From contig OZ024754.1 in NCBI GenBank assembly GCA_964016885.1, forward strand, positions 22,816,001 through 22,880,000: a stretch of 64,000 bases of DNA, read 5' to 3'. This document shows positions 1 to 11,238 of this stretch, one piece after another. The stretch comes from Eledone cirrhosa. Lineage: Eukaryota. Numbering within the stretch: position 1 is the stretch's first letter; each line of letters begins with the position of its first letter. Under the pieces are notes generated by a model, which saw only the letters and a list, made by a program, of their open reading frames with translations, did no database searches and was not told the DNA's origin. Both the position numbers and the translations under genes were made by a program.

Positions 1-589
1 CAAAACTCAAGATTTCTGAAGAAACAAAGTCAAACTGTTTCTCCTGAAATGTTAGGAGTTTAATTTGAAAGGATTTTTATTTTTTCAAAAAAGGAGTTTC
101 CTAAGTAATTTCTGCAGTCAGTGGGGATGTTCATGGCTGGAAAGTAAAACAAAGAAATATTTTATTATTAGACAGCAAAAAGAAATGGACTTGTGTTTTC
201 ATTAACACTTAAGTGTCATAAGATCATAATTTGGGGGATTATTAAGGATGATTTTTTTTTGGTATTTATGTGGCAGAGTTGTTAGAACACCAGACAAAAT
301 ACTTTGTAATATTTGATTCAGCTCTCTGTGCTTTGAGTTTAAATCTTGTCACGGTCAACTTTGCCTTTCATCCCCTTAATCCTTTAGTTACCAAACCGGC
401 GCCGGTTCTATAAAATAAAACCACTCATTTTAAAGGTTTCTAATTTAAATCAAAATCTTCCAACATATTTTTTTTATAAGAACCTTATTTCAAGTTACTA
501 TCTTAGTAATGAAATAGTTAATACACTTAGTAAATCCCTCAAAAGTCTTCATTAATTAATTAAAATAGAGTGTATTTCATTGGATATGT

Positions 590-830
590 GGTCATTTGAG
601 TGTTGGGCTCATGATCATATGGTTGTGAATTTGATTCCTGGATCAGGTATCGCATAGTGTTTTTGAGCAAGACACTTTATTTCACACAGCTTCAGTCCTC
701 TCAGCAGCTGCATTAGTCTGTTCTTTTCCTTTGAATAACACTGGTACCATGGAGAGAGGAGACTGGTATGTGTAGCTGAGTGAGCGACTGATGGTTTTCC
801 ACAAAACACCTTCACCAGGCTTGAGCTTCA
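590..830 (+). mobile_element. Degenerate tRNA-derived CORE-type SINE
   Basis: tRNA-like head (ggttgtgaatttgattcct) followed by a CORE-like motif ttgagcaagacactttatttcac. A related copy lies at 24480-24600 (-). Confidence 0.5.
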
Positions 831-865
831 GAGATGAAGTTTCTAGGTGTAAACCCTATATATAT

Positions 866-2296
866 AGGTAAAGGGGATGTTCTGGAGAGGAGCAATTATA
901 GGGGCATAAAGCTAATGGATCAGGTTATGAAAGTGGCAGAGAGAATATTGGTGCAACTAATTAGAGAAAGGGTCAAATTAGATGAGATGCAGTTTGGTTT
1001 TGTGCCTGGGAAAAGTACAACAGGTGCCCTCTTCTTAGTGAGACAACTACAAGAAAGGTTCTTAGAGAAAAATAAGCCACTATACTTAGCTTTTGTTGAC
1101 CTAGAGAAGGCCTTTGATAGGGTACCCCGATCTGACATCTGGTGGTCCCTAAGGAAACTAGGTGTAGAGGAATGGCTTGTGAGGACAGTGCAAGCTATGT
1201 ACAGAGAAGGAATGGAGTTTAGTGAGGAATTCCAGATACAAGTAGGAGTACATCAGGGTCTGGTCCTCAGCCCGCTCTTGTTCATTATAGTTTTCCAAGA
1301 CATAACAGAGGAGTTTAAGACTGGCTGCCCATGGGAACTTCTCTATGCTGACGATCTAGTTCTTATAGCAGAATCAGTAGAGGAGCTAGAGAATAAATTC
1401 TGGCTATGGAAACAGCAGTTGGAATCAAGAGGACTGAGAGTGAACATAGCTAAGACAAAAGTGTTGATAAGTAGAAAAGAGGACAAAACTCTGATTCCAT
1501 CAGGGAAATGGCCATGTTCGATATGTAAAAAAAGGAACTGGCATAAATTCTATAAAATGTACACAAGAGATGTAGTGGGATAGCATGCAAGCTAACAGGT
1601 AGGGAAAACTACATATGCAGTAGAGATACAGGGAAATTTGACAGTAGTAATCACAGTGATAGACACATTTTTCAAATGCAGATGGGTTCTATAGAAGCTT
1701 CGGGTATCTAGGTGATCAGATTAGCATGGGAGGGGTGGGGTGTTCTGAGGCCATAGTATCTAGAATAAGGACGGCATGGAAGAAGTTTAGGGAGCAACTT
1801 CCTCTGTTGACAAAGAAGGTTTCTCCCTGCGTACGAAAAGCCGGTTATATAATGCCTGTGTGAGTTGCCCAATGCTGCATGGTAGTGAGACATGGGCAGC
1901 AACTACAGAGGATATGCGACAGCTGGAAAAAAATGAAGCAAGCATGCTCCATTGGATGTGCGTGAACGACCAAATATAGTTGAGTTGAGAGAGAAACTGT
2001 GTATAAGAGGGATAGGTTGTCGTGTGCGGGAAAGAAGACCGAGATGGTATGGACATGTGATGCGCATGGAGGATGACCGTTGGGTAAAGAAGTGCCAAGA
2101 AATCCCAGTAGAAGGAAGACGCAGTAGAGGAAGACCACGAAAAACATGGGCGGGGGTGGTGAGAGCAGACCTCAGATTGCTGAAGCTCACAGAGGAGATG
2201 ATGAAGGACCGTGACAAGTGGAGAGATGCTGTGCTGAATAGGATCAGTCCCACCCTTGCAAGCAGGGAAAAGTGGACGTAAAATGAAGATGATGAT
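866..2296 (+). mobile_element. 5'-truncated, frameshifted RTE-clade LINE (RT domain to 3' end)
   Basis: ORF 834-1583 has NYRGIKL, QFGF, FVDLEKAFDRV, GVHQG and YADD. ORF 1952-2281 has RWYGHVMRM and RGRPRKTW. The element ends in a (GAT)n tail. Confidence 0.93.
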
Positions 2297-2304
2297 ATAT
2301 ATAT

Positions 2305-2857
2305 CCTCTCTGGAGCATCCCCTTTACCTTTGTAGCAATTTATGAGAATACTGCTGCACCAGTCTTTGGGTATGACACCACCATATATACTTGATTGATG
2401 ATGCGTGCAACCAGTTTAATGCCTACTTCACCTGATGCCTTCAGCATCTCAGCAACTATCCCCGACGGTCCAACAGCCTTACCATTCTTCATTTCTTTAA
2501 TTGCCTCTTGTACCCTATATTCGTCAATCTCAATAGCTGGTCCCTCTGTTGGGTCTACTGGGGGTAATTTCTCTCTGTCACATTCATTCTCCACAATCAT
2601 CAGTCTCTCATAGTGACACTAAGTACACTGGCATCATTCCGGACACACTTATCTCCAACAACATCCTGATTTGCACTGACAAACTGCCTTGCAATGCGGA
2701 ACACTGCACGTCTCTGATCTTCCCGTCGCAGAACATTGGCAAACCTCCTACTCTCAGCCTCCCTGCGTGCTAAGTACACCTGATGTCTAGCTTCTCTCCT
2801 AGCGTCTGTGTATCGTTCCCTACTCCCACCAATTTTCCAAGCCTTCCATGCCAGTCT
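2305..2857 (-). mobile_element. RTE LINE fragment (segment immediately upstream of RT), opposite orientation
   Basis: ORF 2340-2600 reads VQEAIKEMKNGKAVGPSGIVAEMLK and continues NCYKGKGDAPER to 2305. Confidence 0.88.
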
Positions 2858-3536
2858 TTTTTCTCTCTATATATATATGTATACACACACACACACACAT
2901 AAATCTATCAAATTAGGTGTCTAATCCTCTCAGATACTTTTACTAGAACTATATATATAGCAGTTAAAAAATAATAACTGTGATAGGAAACTTTCATGGG
3001 AGCTGGACAGCAGGTCTTCAGAGAAAAAACTGTCCTCAAGCGAGTGTTTCGGCCCTTAACTTCCTCCACACTAAGGGGGCCGGGCTGATATTTACCCATT
3101 CGGAAATCGGAGACTTAAACCATAGGGAGATTTTGTTGATAGGATCTAGCTGGAATTCTTCTCTGTTGCCTCTGCTTTTAAACTTATAGAAATCTTTAAA
3201 CTGAAATATTATTTTATTTTTCAATATCCTTTCATACATATTGTTATGTAACAATTATGTAAAACTGAACATGGATAGTTTTCACTAACAGAGAAGTTAG
3301 ATGTTTAAACATTCGCCAGAATTGTATATATTTATATACCGATCAGAAACTGTGTTGAAACTGAAGAACTTACAGAGTGGAAGAGTCATTTTAGCCATTA
3401 AAAAAATGAAAAATAAAATAAAATAAACTTTGCATTACAAGAAATATATGATAAATGTAATGTGAACTTTTCGATTGACTAAAATGACTTTCACAATGTA
3501 ATTGCTACACGCACACAAAGTTTATATATATATATA

Positions 3537-3645
3537 TAATTGTTTCTACTTTTTGGAACAAGGCCAGCAATTACCCAGTGCATTACGGGTACTTTATTTT
3601 ATCGACCCCGTAAGGATGAAAGGCAAAGTTAACCTCGGTGGGATT
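3537..3645 (-). mobile_element. Partial copy of the dominant tRNA-SINE
   Basis: Shares the core ctttgcctttcatccttacggggtcgataaaataaagtacc and the tail with the full copies at 6729 and 45179. Confidence 0.8.
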
Positions 3646-3920
3646 ATATTATATATAATAAGGAGTTGACGGACCCAGCATATTTAATACAGCAGCAGAG
3701 TGCACTGCACCCTTTGACTGCATATATTATGCAGCAATGCATAATCGGCGCATGTGGATTCATCAGCAGGTATCGCCTAATCAATAACCAATCGATCGAC
3801 AGAATTCATATATATAAGTATAAGTTGTATTTAATTTGTTGGAAGTCCGACAAACATAAATGTTTATAACGATAAGGTATGATTTTCATGGTACGTCACT
3901 ATTTATAAAACAAACTTTGT

Positions 3921-3983
3921 ATTTTATCTGATGAAAGCGTACCAATGTTGTCTTGGTTGCCCTTGAAATATATATAATAAAAT
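3921..3983 (+). ncRNA. Type I minimal hammerhead ribozyme (family A)
   Basis: attttat-CTGATGA-[aagcgtaccaa...ttggttgccctt stem II]-GAAA-T-ATAT-ATA-ataaaat. Stem I attttat/ataaaat pairs, and loop III is palindromic. Confidence 0.8.
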
Positions 3984-4046
3984 AAATATGGTTTTATAAA
4001 TCTAGTTTCCATTTATTTAATATCATTGTATATATATATATATATC

Positions 4047-4077
<31 letters not shown>

Positions 4078-4479
4078 GAGAGAGAGAGACTAAATCTTAC
4101 ACTCAGCTCACATGTATTGAGTGCTCGCTCAGTTAATATTTGCCCCTATTATCTACACTAGTATATATAATAAACTGTAAAAGCATTTTGAAACTACCAG
4201 AACACCAAAATAAAATAAATGTAGACTTATAATCTAAACGTATCCGTGGACCGCCTGTGTCAGTGATGTGGAAACTCAATATTTCCGATAAATTAGTTTA
4301 CTAACACTTGTAAATATAAATTTTATTACAGTTGTATGAATTTACAGTAATAACGTTGCAAATATGTTTTAAATATATATATAAATAACATAGCAAATGC
4401 GTAAATAACATTAAAAATTGCTCGCAATTCGTTCAGGAGTGCCAGAAGGACAAATATATCTAAACTGTGTATAATAATA

Positions 4480-4631
4480 TAAATTCATGAACATAAATGA
4501 TAAAGGAAAGAAAATAAAAGGTGGGGGATAATTCACCACCAAGTGAATCGGCCGCACCTCACATCTTAAGGGTTAACTGCACACTTTCAGGCAAGCCAAC
4601 ACGCTCGGAGCATTACCACGGGTGATGGCAC
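4480..4631 (-). mobile_element. Extreme 3' fragment of a CRE-like retrotransposon
   Basis: The minus strand reads AITRGNAPSVLACLKVCS*, nearly the same as the C-terminus AITRGNAASVLACLKNH* of the element at 46447-49700. Confidence 0.7.
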
Positions 4632-5303
4632 TTACAACAAACATTATATATTGATCATTTAGGTGTGTATCACCTTTCACCCATTTAAAATTTCTAAGCA
4701 AACTTAAAGATTATCTAACAATTGTTAATTCAACTATATATATATCCTTGCAGTTCTGTTAGCGGAGCGCAGACCCAAAACGGCGCCGCCCTAGTCCCAG
4801 AGTTCACCCCCCCCCCCCCCTTTCTTCAGTGGCCCAAGAGCCCCTGCTTTCCCCTCCCCTTCCTTTAAGGCATTTATAGTCCTTTCTTCTATTTGCCCAT
4901 ACAGCCAGATCTGCTCTTCTTTACCCCTTCCCCTTTTTTCTCCTTACTTAATTTTGTTTTTGTCTTTTTTTTTCATATTTATGGAATTAACAATGTTTTT
5001 AAGCCAACCTTGTGATTGGCAATGATATCAAAATAAATAAATACTATTTTATATATAATTGAGTTACATATATATATATATATAACTCAATTATCTGGTA
5101 GCCTATTCTTTGTGTTTTTTAAGGTGAATCAACTACAAATTAACTAGCATTACTTTTTACCAAGGTCACACAGTTTTGAACAAAATAAAAGTTGCAGAAA
5201 ATGATAAAATAACACGAAAACTAATATACAAACCGTGTTTTTTTTTCTCGTAAAAAATATACACGCTAAGTATCAAAACATCCTTATATTTATAATATGT
5301 GGT

Positions 5304-5741
5304 TTAATCTTCCTTATCCAAAACTGCTGATCGTATACCAATCTTTTGAAAGTCTTCAATTAATTCTCCGCTTTTGTGTTTTTCTATCATAATATCACAG
5401 CCACCGACAAATTCTCCGTTAATATAAACCTGTGGGATCGTTGGCCAGCTTGAGTAGGTTTTAATTCCCTGTCTAAGGTCATCGTCAATGAGTACATCAT
5501 GTGCCGCAAATTCGTTGACACCGTGAAATTTGAGAATCTGAACAACAAGGTTGCTGAAACCACACCGTGGGGCATCGGGCGTGCCTTTCATGAAAACAAC
5601 GATCTTTTGCTCTGAAACAAGTTTGTCAATATGATCTTTGTTGCCGGTTTTTAACATTTCTGAGTAAGATCGTAAACCGAGCAAGCGCGAAAATCCGATT
5701 CTGGAAGACCATACAGAAGGACGAGTCATCAACCACGCCAT
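5304..5741 (-). CDS. GLRX5: Monothiol glutaredoxin-5 (mitochondrial Fe-S cluster transfer), single coding exon
   Basis: [15 protein letters not shown] (CGFS motif), [21 protein letters not shown], and an Arg/Ser-rich N-terminus like a transit peptide from ATG 5741. An in-frame upstream ATG at 5807 is also possible. Confidence 0.95.
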   Translation of the reverse strand: MAWLMTRPSVWSSRIGFSRLLGLRSYSEMLKTGNKDHIDKLVSEQKIVVFMKGTPDAPRCGFSNLVVQILKFHGVNEFAAHDVLIDDDLRQGIKTYSSWPTIPQVYINGEFVGGCDIMIEKHKSGELIEDFQKIGIRSAVLDKED

Positions 5742-6108
5742 GATACAGATGCATGAAAACAAGGAGCAGGGGAGATAACTGTCAGTCAATACAGACAATA
5801 ATGACATGCCACCTACACTGAAGGTGGGAGGGAGGTGTGTTACTTCTTCGCTTGCTCTTATTTTTGCTATTTAACTTTTTCCTGGTTTTCTTCTTTTTTT
5901 ATATGCAAATGTAGATGAATTGTAATTTCTTACATTTTTCATTAAAAACGACTGTTTTATGTATTTTTTTTTTCCTATTTATAAATTGAATTGTTTGACC
6001 CATCAATAATAACGGCAATTTTGGGAGTTCAAGATTGGTATGGCATGGTATGCATACATGCATGTATTTATGCACACACACACACACACATGCACGCACG
6101 CACGCGCG

Positions 6109-6140
<32 letters not shown>

Positions 6141-6149
6141 AATTTCCAA

Positions 6150-6238
6150 TCATTTTAATCACGACACATGTTTCAATAAGAGATAGATCGATCGGGTGGC
6201 CATGATCGATTATCACTGATCTCGTCAGGTGAAAATGA
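6150..6238 (-). ncRNA. Hammerhead ribozyme (family B) in the inverted PLE-1 pseudo-LTR
   Basis: Minus strand: tcatttt-cac-CTGACGA-[long stem II]-GAAAC-ATGT-GTC-gtg-att-aaaatga. cac/gtg and tcatttt/aaaatga pair, and stem-loop III contains the palindrome ACATGT. Confidence 0.8.
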
Positions 6239-6728
6239 ATTGACTTCAAATCCTTGATATGAGGGAGAAAATTTAACGATGTTCACTCACTAGAGTTTTG
6301 TCCCCCATATGAAGATCAAGCAGCCAAAACACGCCGACTGCTATCGTCCTCAGTTAGGGTCATAAAACTATCAAGTCTCTATCTCTCAATAGCTGTAAAA
6401 GACGCAGGACGGGTCTAATCTCAACATCAAATCTTTAGAATTACAGTCGGTCACAGTTAGTGTGAGTACATGCACACTCACACACACCGACGCGAGGTCG
6501 AAGGGAAAAAAAATATATACCAACATAGTATTCACCGAAAGTTAGTTTACAAAACAACAAATGTTATATTGGTCAAATCTCAATTTGACGATGTGACTTG
6601 GAGAAATTGGGTCAACCGCAACCCTATACACACGCAAGTAAATTCAGTTCAATGTTCTGCTATACGTGTATCGATTGAATGTAACATCCGTATCTTCTAA
6701 ATAGTGAGTAAAAACATCCTTGATAAAA

Positions 6729-6918
6729 TAATTGTTTCTACTTTAGGCACAAGGCCAGCAATTACCCAGTGCATTACTGGTACTTTATTTTATCGACCCC
6801 GTAAGGATGAAAGGCAAAGTCAACCTCGGCGGGATTTGAACTCAGATCGTAAAGGGACGTAACCATGCTGGAAAGCATGGCGTCCGACCCTCTACCGATA
6901 CTGCCAATCCACCGCCCT
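6729..6918 (-). mobile_element. Full-length tRNA-derived SINE (dominant family)
   Basis: A box-like ttggcagtatcggtaga and B box gagttcaaatccc. TSD ccttgataaaa(a)taat on both sides. Confidence 0.9.
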
Positions 6919-7020
6919 TGATAAAATAATCCCCACTCTAGTTAGGAGCTCGAAGCTTAAATTATGGTCAGGAACTAGTGAGGTAATTAACTGGTTTTAG
7001 AAATCGCAGAATAAGAATAG

Positions 7021-7487
7021 TGTAAAGGAATATTATGTGTGGTTGTAACGATAAGTGGATGGATGGATGTAACTGTTGGTATGGTGGTCTCGATAAAGAA
7101 AAATACCAGGATTGTGTTGTTACAAAGTTTATTTTATTACAACAATATTCAATTTGAATATTGAATGATAAAATAATTGACACAAAATATTCATACAATA
7201 ATTTGGTGGCTTTTCGAGCCACGTAAATTCAAGTATCACAGAATACGATTATAATATGTGTAAACAGAAATGAATGGTGCGTGTACAAATGCTGGACTCA
7301 CTATGAATACGTGTGTGCGGCGTATCAGTATATTTACTTATTTGTATCGCAGGAGTCAGCGATCTGCCAGGAAGGTGAGAATAAGTGGCAGACTGGTTTT
7401 TCGTGACGAGAGCTTGTAAAAACGACTTGTCTTGTCTGTATCTCACTTCTTTTCTACTCGAGGCGTAAACAATCCCTGTATTTATAT
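7021..7487 (-). repeat. Truncated 3' LTR of the Gypsy element
   Basis: Near-identical to 10521-10986. It is joined directly to integrase sequence, so U3, PPT and the integrase C-terminus are missing. Confidence 0.88.
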
Positions 7488-7489
7488 CC

Positions 7490-9743
7490 GTAGTGATGGT
7501 CGCGGGTGTGCCGAAACGCGAAACTCAGTGAAACACTAGCGTTTTGGCGACAGTTTCCGCGTCAGGGGAAAAGCTTCTGGCCAGCGAGAAAATCGGTCGA
7601 CACAGGTGAGAAGATGAGTGTAGTTGTGAGAAGGAGGCAAAGGTCCAACGATGTCTATATGCACATGTTGGAACCGTGCATCAGGTGTTGCGAAAGAACC
7701 GATCGGGGCTTTGATGTGCCGGTGAATTTTCGCCTTCTGGCACGCGATGCAGTTCCTAGCCCATTCGCGGGTGTCCTTGTTGATGTTGGGCCACACAAAG
7801 CGGACAACCATCAGCTTCTGCGTGGCGCAGACGCCAGGATGTGCCAGAGAATGCAGTGCCGAGAAAACGTCGCGTCGATGTTTCCGGGGAACGTATGGGC
7901 GCTCGTGGCCTGTGGAGATGTCGCACCAAATATAACCCGAAAAAGAGGGCAGCGGGCATTCCTTCAAATTCAAGGATGATTTCCGGAGTTGCAGCAGTTC
8001 CTCGTCATTCTGTTGATCCGCTGCAATCCTCTGGAGGTCAATAGTGGCAGTGGTGTGGATTGCGTTAAGCTCCATGCGTGATAGGGCATCAGCTGCTGAG
8101 TTGGTGGCACCCTTAATGTACCGAATATCAGTAGTGTACTGAGAAATGAAGTCCAGATGTCGGACCTCCCTGGGTGAGTGTCGGTCAGGCTTGGCATTGA
8201 ACGCGTACACTAGTGGTTTGTGGTCGGTGTATATAGAGAACACACGACCTTCTAGCATGTGTCGAAAATGCTTGACAGCAAGGTATGCTGCCAATAATTC
8301 ACGACTGAATGTGCTGTACTTAGTTTCGGCGGGTTTTAATCGCTTAGAGAAAAAAGATACAGGTCGCCAAATATCGTCAGAGAGTTGTTGAAGCACACCT
8401 CCAACTCCGAAATCGGATGCATCAGTCAATAAACACATTGGGGCGTCAGGTTTGGTGTAACTCAGCATTGTAGCCTCGGACAACATTTTCTTCAACTCAG
8501 CGAAAGCGGTACATTCTTTTTCGCTGAGCTTGATGTTTGCGTTTTTGGTTGTACGCTGCCGCAGCAAATCTGTGAGTGGTTGGGCTGTCTCTGCACAGTG
8601 GGGTATAAATCTTCTGTAGAAGTTTACCAGGCCAAGAAATTCTCGCAGTTTGCGGAGAGATGTAGGTTGTGGAAAATCAATGATGGATTTGACTTTCTCC
8701 TTAAGTGGGCGAATACCATCTTTGTCAATGATGTGTCCCAGAAAATGAAGGGGCGCAACTCCGAACTCACATTTGCTGGGGTTGATAACAATTCCGTATT
8801 CACGCAAACGTGTGAATAGGAGATCCAGGTGTTTCTCATGTCTTTCATCGGAGCTGCTGGCCACCAGTAAGTCGTCAATGTATGCGTATACAAAAGGTAG
8901 ACCTCTGGTGACTGTATCGATGAATCGCTGGAATGTCTGCGCTGCATTTCGCAAACCGAAAGGCATACGCAGAAATTCGAACATTCCAAAGGGTATTGTG
9001 ACTGCGGTCTTTGGAATATCTGCGGGCTCAACGGGTATCTGATTGTAAGCTCGCACAAGATCGATCTTCGAAAATATGCGAGTCCCGTGCAGCGAGCTAG
9101 AGAAGTCCTGTAGATGAGGCACTGGATAAGAGTCAGGAACGGTGCAGTTGTTTAGTGCACGGTAGTCGCCACAGATTCGCCAGTCGTTCGACGACTTCTT
9201 GGGTACACAGTGTATGGGTGAGGACCAGTTGCTGCTGGACGGACGTATGATGCCGAGATCCAGCATGTGCTGAAATTCTTGTTTGACGGACTTCAGCCGG
9301 TCTGGTGGTAGCCTTCTAGGTCGTGCAGCGACAGGTGGGCCGTGAGTTTTTATGTGGTGTGTGACATCATGTTTTACAGGGCAAGCGTTGAATAGTGGTC
9401 GAGCTACGTCTGGGTATTTGTTGAGGATGTGGTTGTGCCGGGTTGTTGTTGTCGATCTTGAAATGACTGGACTGACTGTGGCTGTCCTAGCGGCTATGCC
9501 GCGCACAGCGAGACTAGTGGAGTTGTCAACGAGTCGTTGGTTTTTCAGATCCACTAGAAGCGAGAAGTGCTGAAGAAAATCAGCTCCTAAAATAGGGGTC
9601 GGCAGCTTAGCCACAACGAATACCCACTGGAAAGTGCGGCGTAGTCCCAAATTTAGTGTCAGGGACTGTTCTCCGAAGGTCGGAATATGTGAGTGATTCT
9701 GGTGAATCTCGAGATGCGCTGGGACTTCTTGAGCGACCACCAA
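7490..9743 (-). pseudogene. Gypsy pol (protease C-part, RT, RNase H, integrase N-part; truncated)
   Basis: [42 protein letters not shown] zinc finger, HIDIVGP. It frameshifts and ends near RFGTPATITTD. Confidence 0.92.
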
Positions 9744-10467
9744 ATCGGCGAGTTCGACTGTTGGACCGACGCGTGTCAGGGTTGCCCAGTGACAAGGCTT
9801 GAATTTGTTGCGTCAAGGCCTGTATCTGTGTTGCTTGCTGTGCCAGTAACTGGTGTAGATCGGGCATCTCTGTGGCACTGGAGGGCTGAAGAAAAGGATT
9901 GGTGGGAGGCACGGCTGGCGTCACATTCGCTGAAGTTGAGTGCGGATGTGGTACCTCCATGATCTTATCTGCCAGCTCGGCGAGTTCTTCTATGGTGGTG
10001 GACTCAATGGTGGATGCTAGTACAACTTGTGTGGCAGAAGGTAAACGCTGGAGGAAGAGTTGCTTGGAAATTTCATCCGGGAGTTTATGTTCACCCAGGA
10101 GCTGCTTCATTCTCCGTAGGAGTTGCGTCGGCTTTTTATCTCCTAATTCCTCCGATATGAAGAGCTGGTGCAAGCGCTTCTGCTGCGACTCCGACGTCCG
10201 CTTAACTAATGTTCTTTTAAATGTGTCATATGACACAGAGCCGGGTGGTGCTAAAATGAGGTCTCGAACCTCATTCATAATCTCCGGAGACATCGAACGG
10301 ATGAGATGTGTGAGACGGGATGCCTCGCTAACGATCAGGCTCGATGCGAACTGCGCTTCGATGTGCGCGAACCACAGTGTTGGATCGTGCACCCAGAATG
10401 GTGGAATCCTTAATGTCGCCCTGACTGCCATTTCTGCCGTAGATGAATCGTCGTGTGCTAGAGACAT
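9607..10467 (-). CDS. Gypsy gag
   Basis: [20 protein letters not shown] and [14 protein letters not shown] are typical Gypsy gag motifs. It lies just downstream of the PBS, and the zinc knuckle appears deleted. Confidence 0.88.
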   Translation of the reverse strand: MSLAHDDSSTAEMAVRATLRIPPFWVHDPTLWFAHIEAQFASSLIVSEASRLTHLIRSMSPEIMNEVRDLILAPPGSVSYDTFKRTLVKRTSESQQKRLHQLFISEELGDKKPTQLLRRMKQLLGEHKLPDEISKQLFLQRLPSATQVVLASTIESTTIEELAELADKIMEVPHPHSTSANVTPAVPPTNPFLQPSSATEMPDLHQLLAQQATQIQALTQQIQALSLGNPDTRRSNSRTRRFGGRSRSPSASRDSPESLTYSDLRRTVPDTKFGTTPHFPVGIRCG

Positions 10468-10520
10468 CGTTTGTAGTGAATAATCAGAAGGTTGTGTGTC
10501 TGTTTCACGGGGTCACCAGT

Positions 10521-11238
10521 TGTAACGGAATATTATGTGTAGTTGTAACAATAAGTGGATGGATGGATGTAACTGTTGGTATGGTGGTTTCGATGTAAAG
10601 AAAAATACCAGGATTGTGTTGTTACAAAGTTTATTTTATTACAACAATATTCAATTTGAATATTGAATGATAAAATAATTGACACAAAATATTCATACAA
10701 TAATTTGGTGGCTCTTCGAGCCACGTAAATTCAAGTATCACAGAATACGATTATAATATGTGTAAACAGAAATGAATGGTGCGTGTACAAAAGCTGGACT
10801 CACTATGAATGCGTGTGTGCGGCGTATCAGTATATTTACTTATTTGTATTGCAGGAGTCAGCGATCAGCCAGGAAGGTGAGAATAAATGGCAGACTGGTT
10901 TTTCGTGACGAGAGCTTGTAAAAACGACTTGTCTTGTCTGTATCTCACTTCTTTTCTACTCGAGGCGTAAACAATCCCTGTATTTATAAGAGTTGAAGTT
11001 AGAAGGATAGATATATCCTCTGAACTTTGGTTAGTCTCCCAAGGGACTAGTTTGCCAAGCGTAAACAAGTCAGAAAGATGGATATATCCTCTGACCTATT
11101 TTCTGTCAGGCGTAAATACCTCTGACCTGTGTTTAGCCTCTCCCAAGGGGTTAGTCTCTTGAGCGTAAACAAGTTACCACGGCTTGTCCCAGAGGCAGGA
11201 AAGCTCAGATTCGGTTTCGAATCTTCGCCGCCTTTATA
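10521..11238 (-). repeat. 5' LTR of the Gypsy element (~718 bp)
   Basis: Adjacent to the PBS, with short terminal inverted repeats, bounded by TSD ATAG. Confidence 0.85.

Larger units (their letters stand above)
7021..11238 (-). mobile_element. Ty3/Gypsy LTR retrotransposon with internal deletions
   Basis: Contains gag and pol. Termini tgtaaagg...cctttata, 4-bp TSD ATAG (7017-7020 and 11239-11242), PBS TGGTGACCCCG at 10518-10508. Confidence 0.93.

Noticed and set aside
2975-3085. Hammerhead on the minus strand (CTGAAGA and GAAAC present)
   Set aside because: I could not form a consistent stem I, stem II and NUH site.
3690-3770. CTGATGA on the minus strand
   Set aside because: No correctly placed GAAA or stem III downstream.
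6820-6918. tRNA gene
   Set aside because: The A and B boxes belong to a SINE head with body, tail and TSD. No full cloverleaf.
7506-10483. Plus-strand ORFs over the Gypsy element
   Set aside because: Antisense shadows of gag and pol with no recognisable motifs.
11184-11238. True N-terminus of the PLE ORF
   Set aside because: It lies inside the Gypsy LTR. The real upstream RT sequence is at ~6930-7020.
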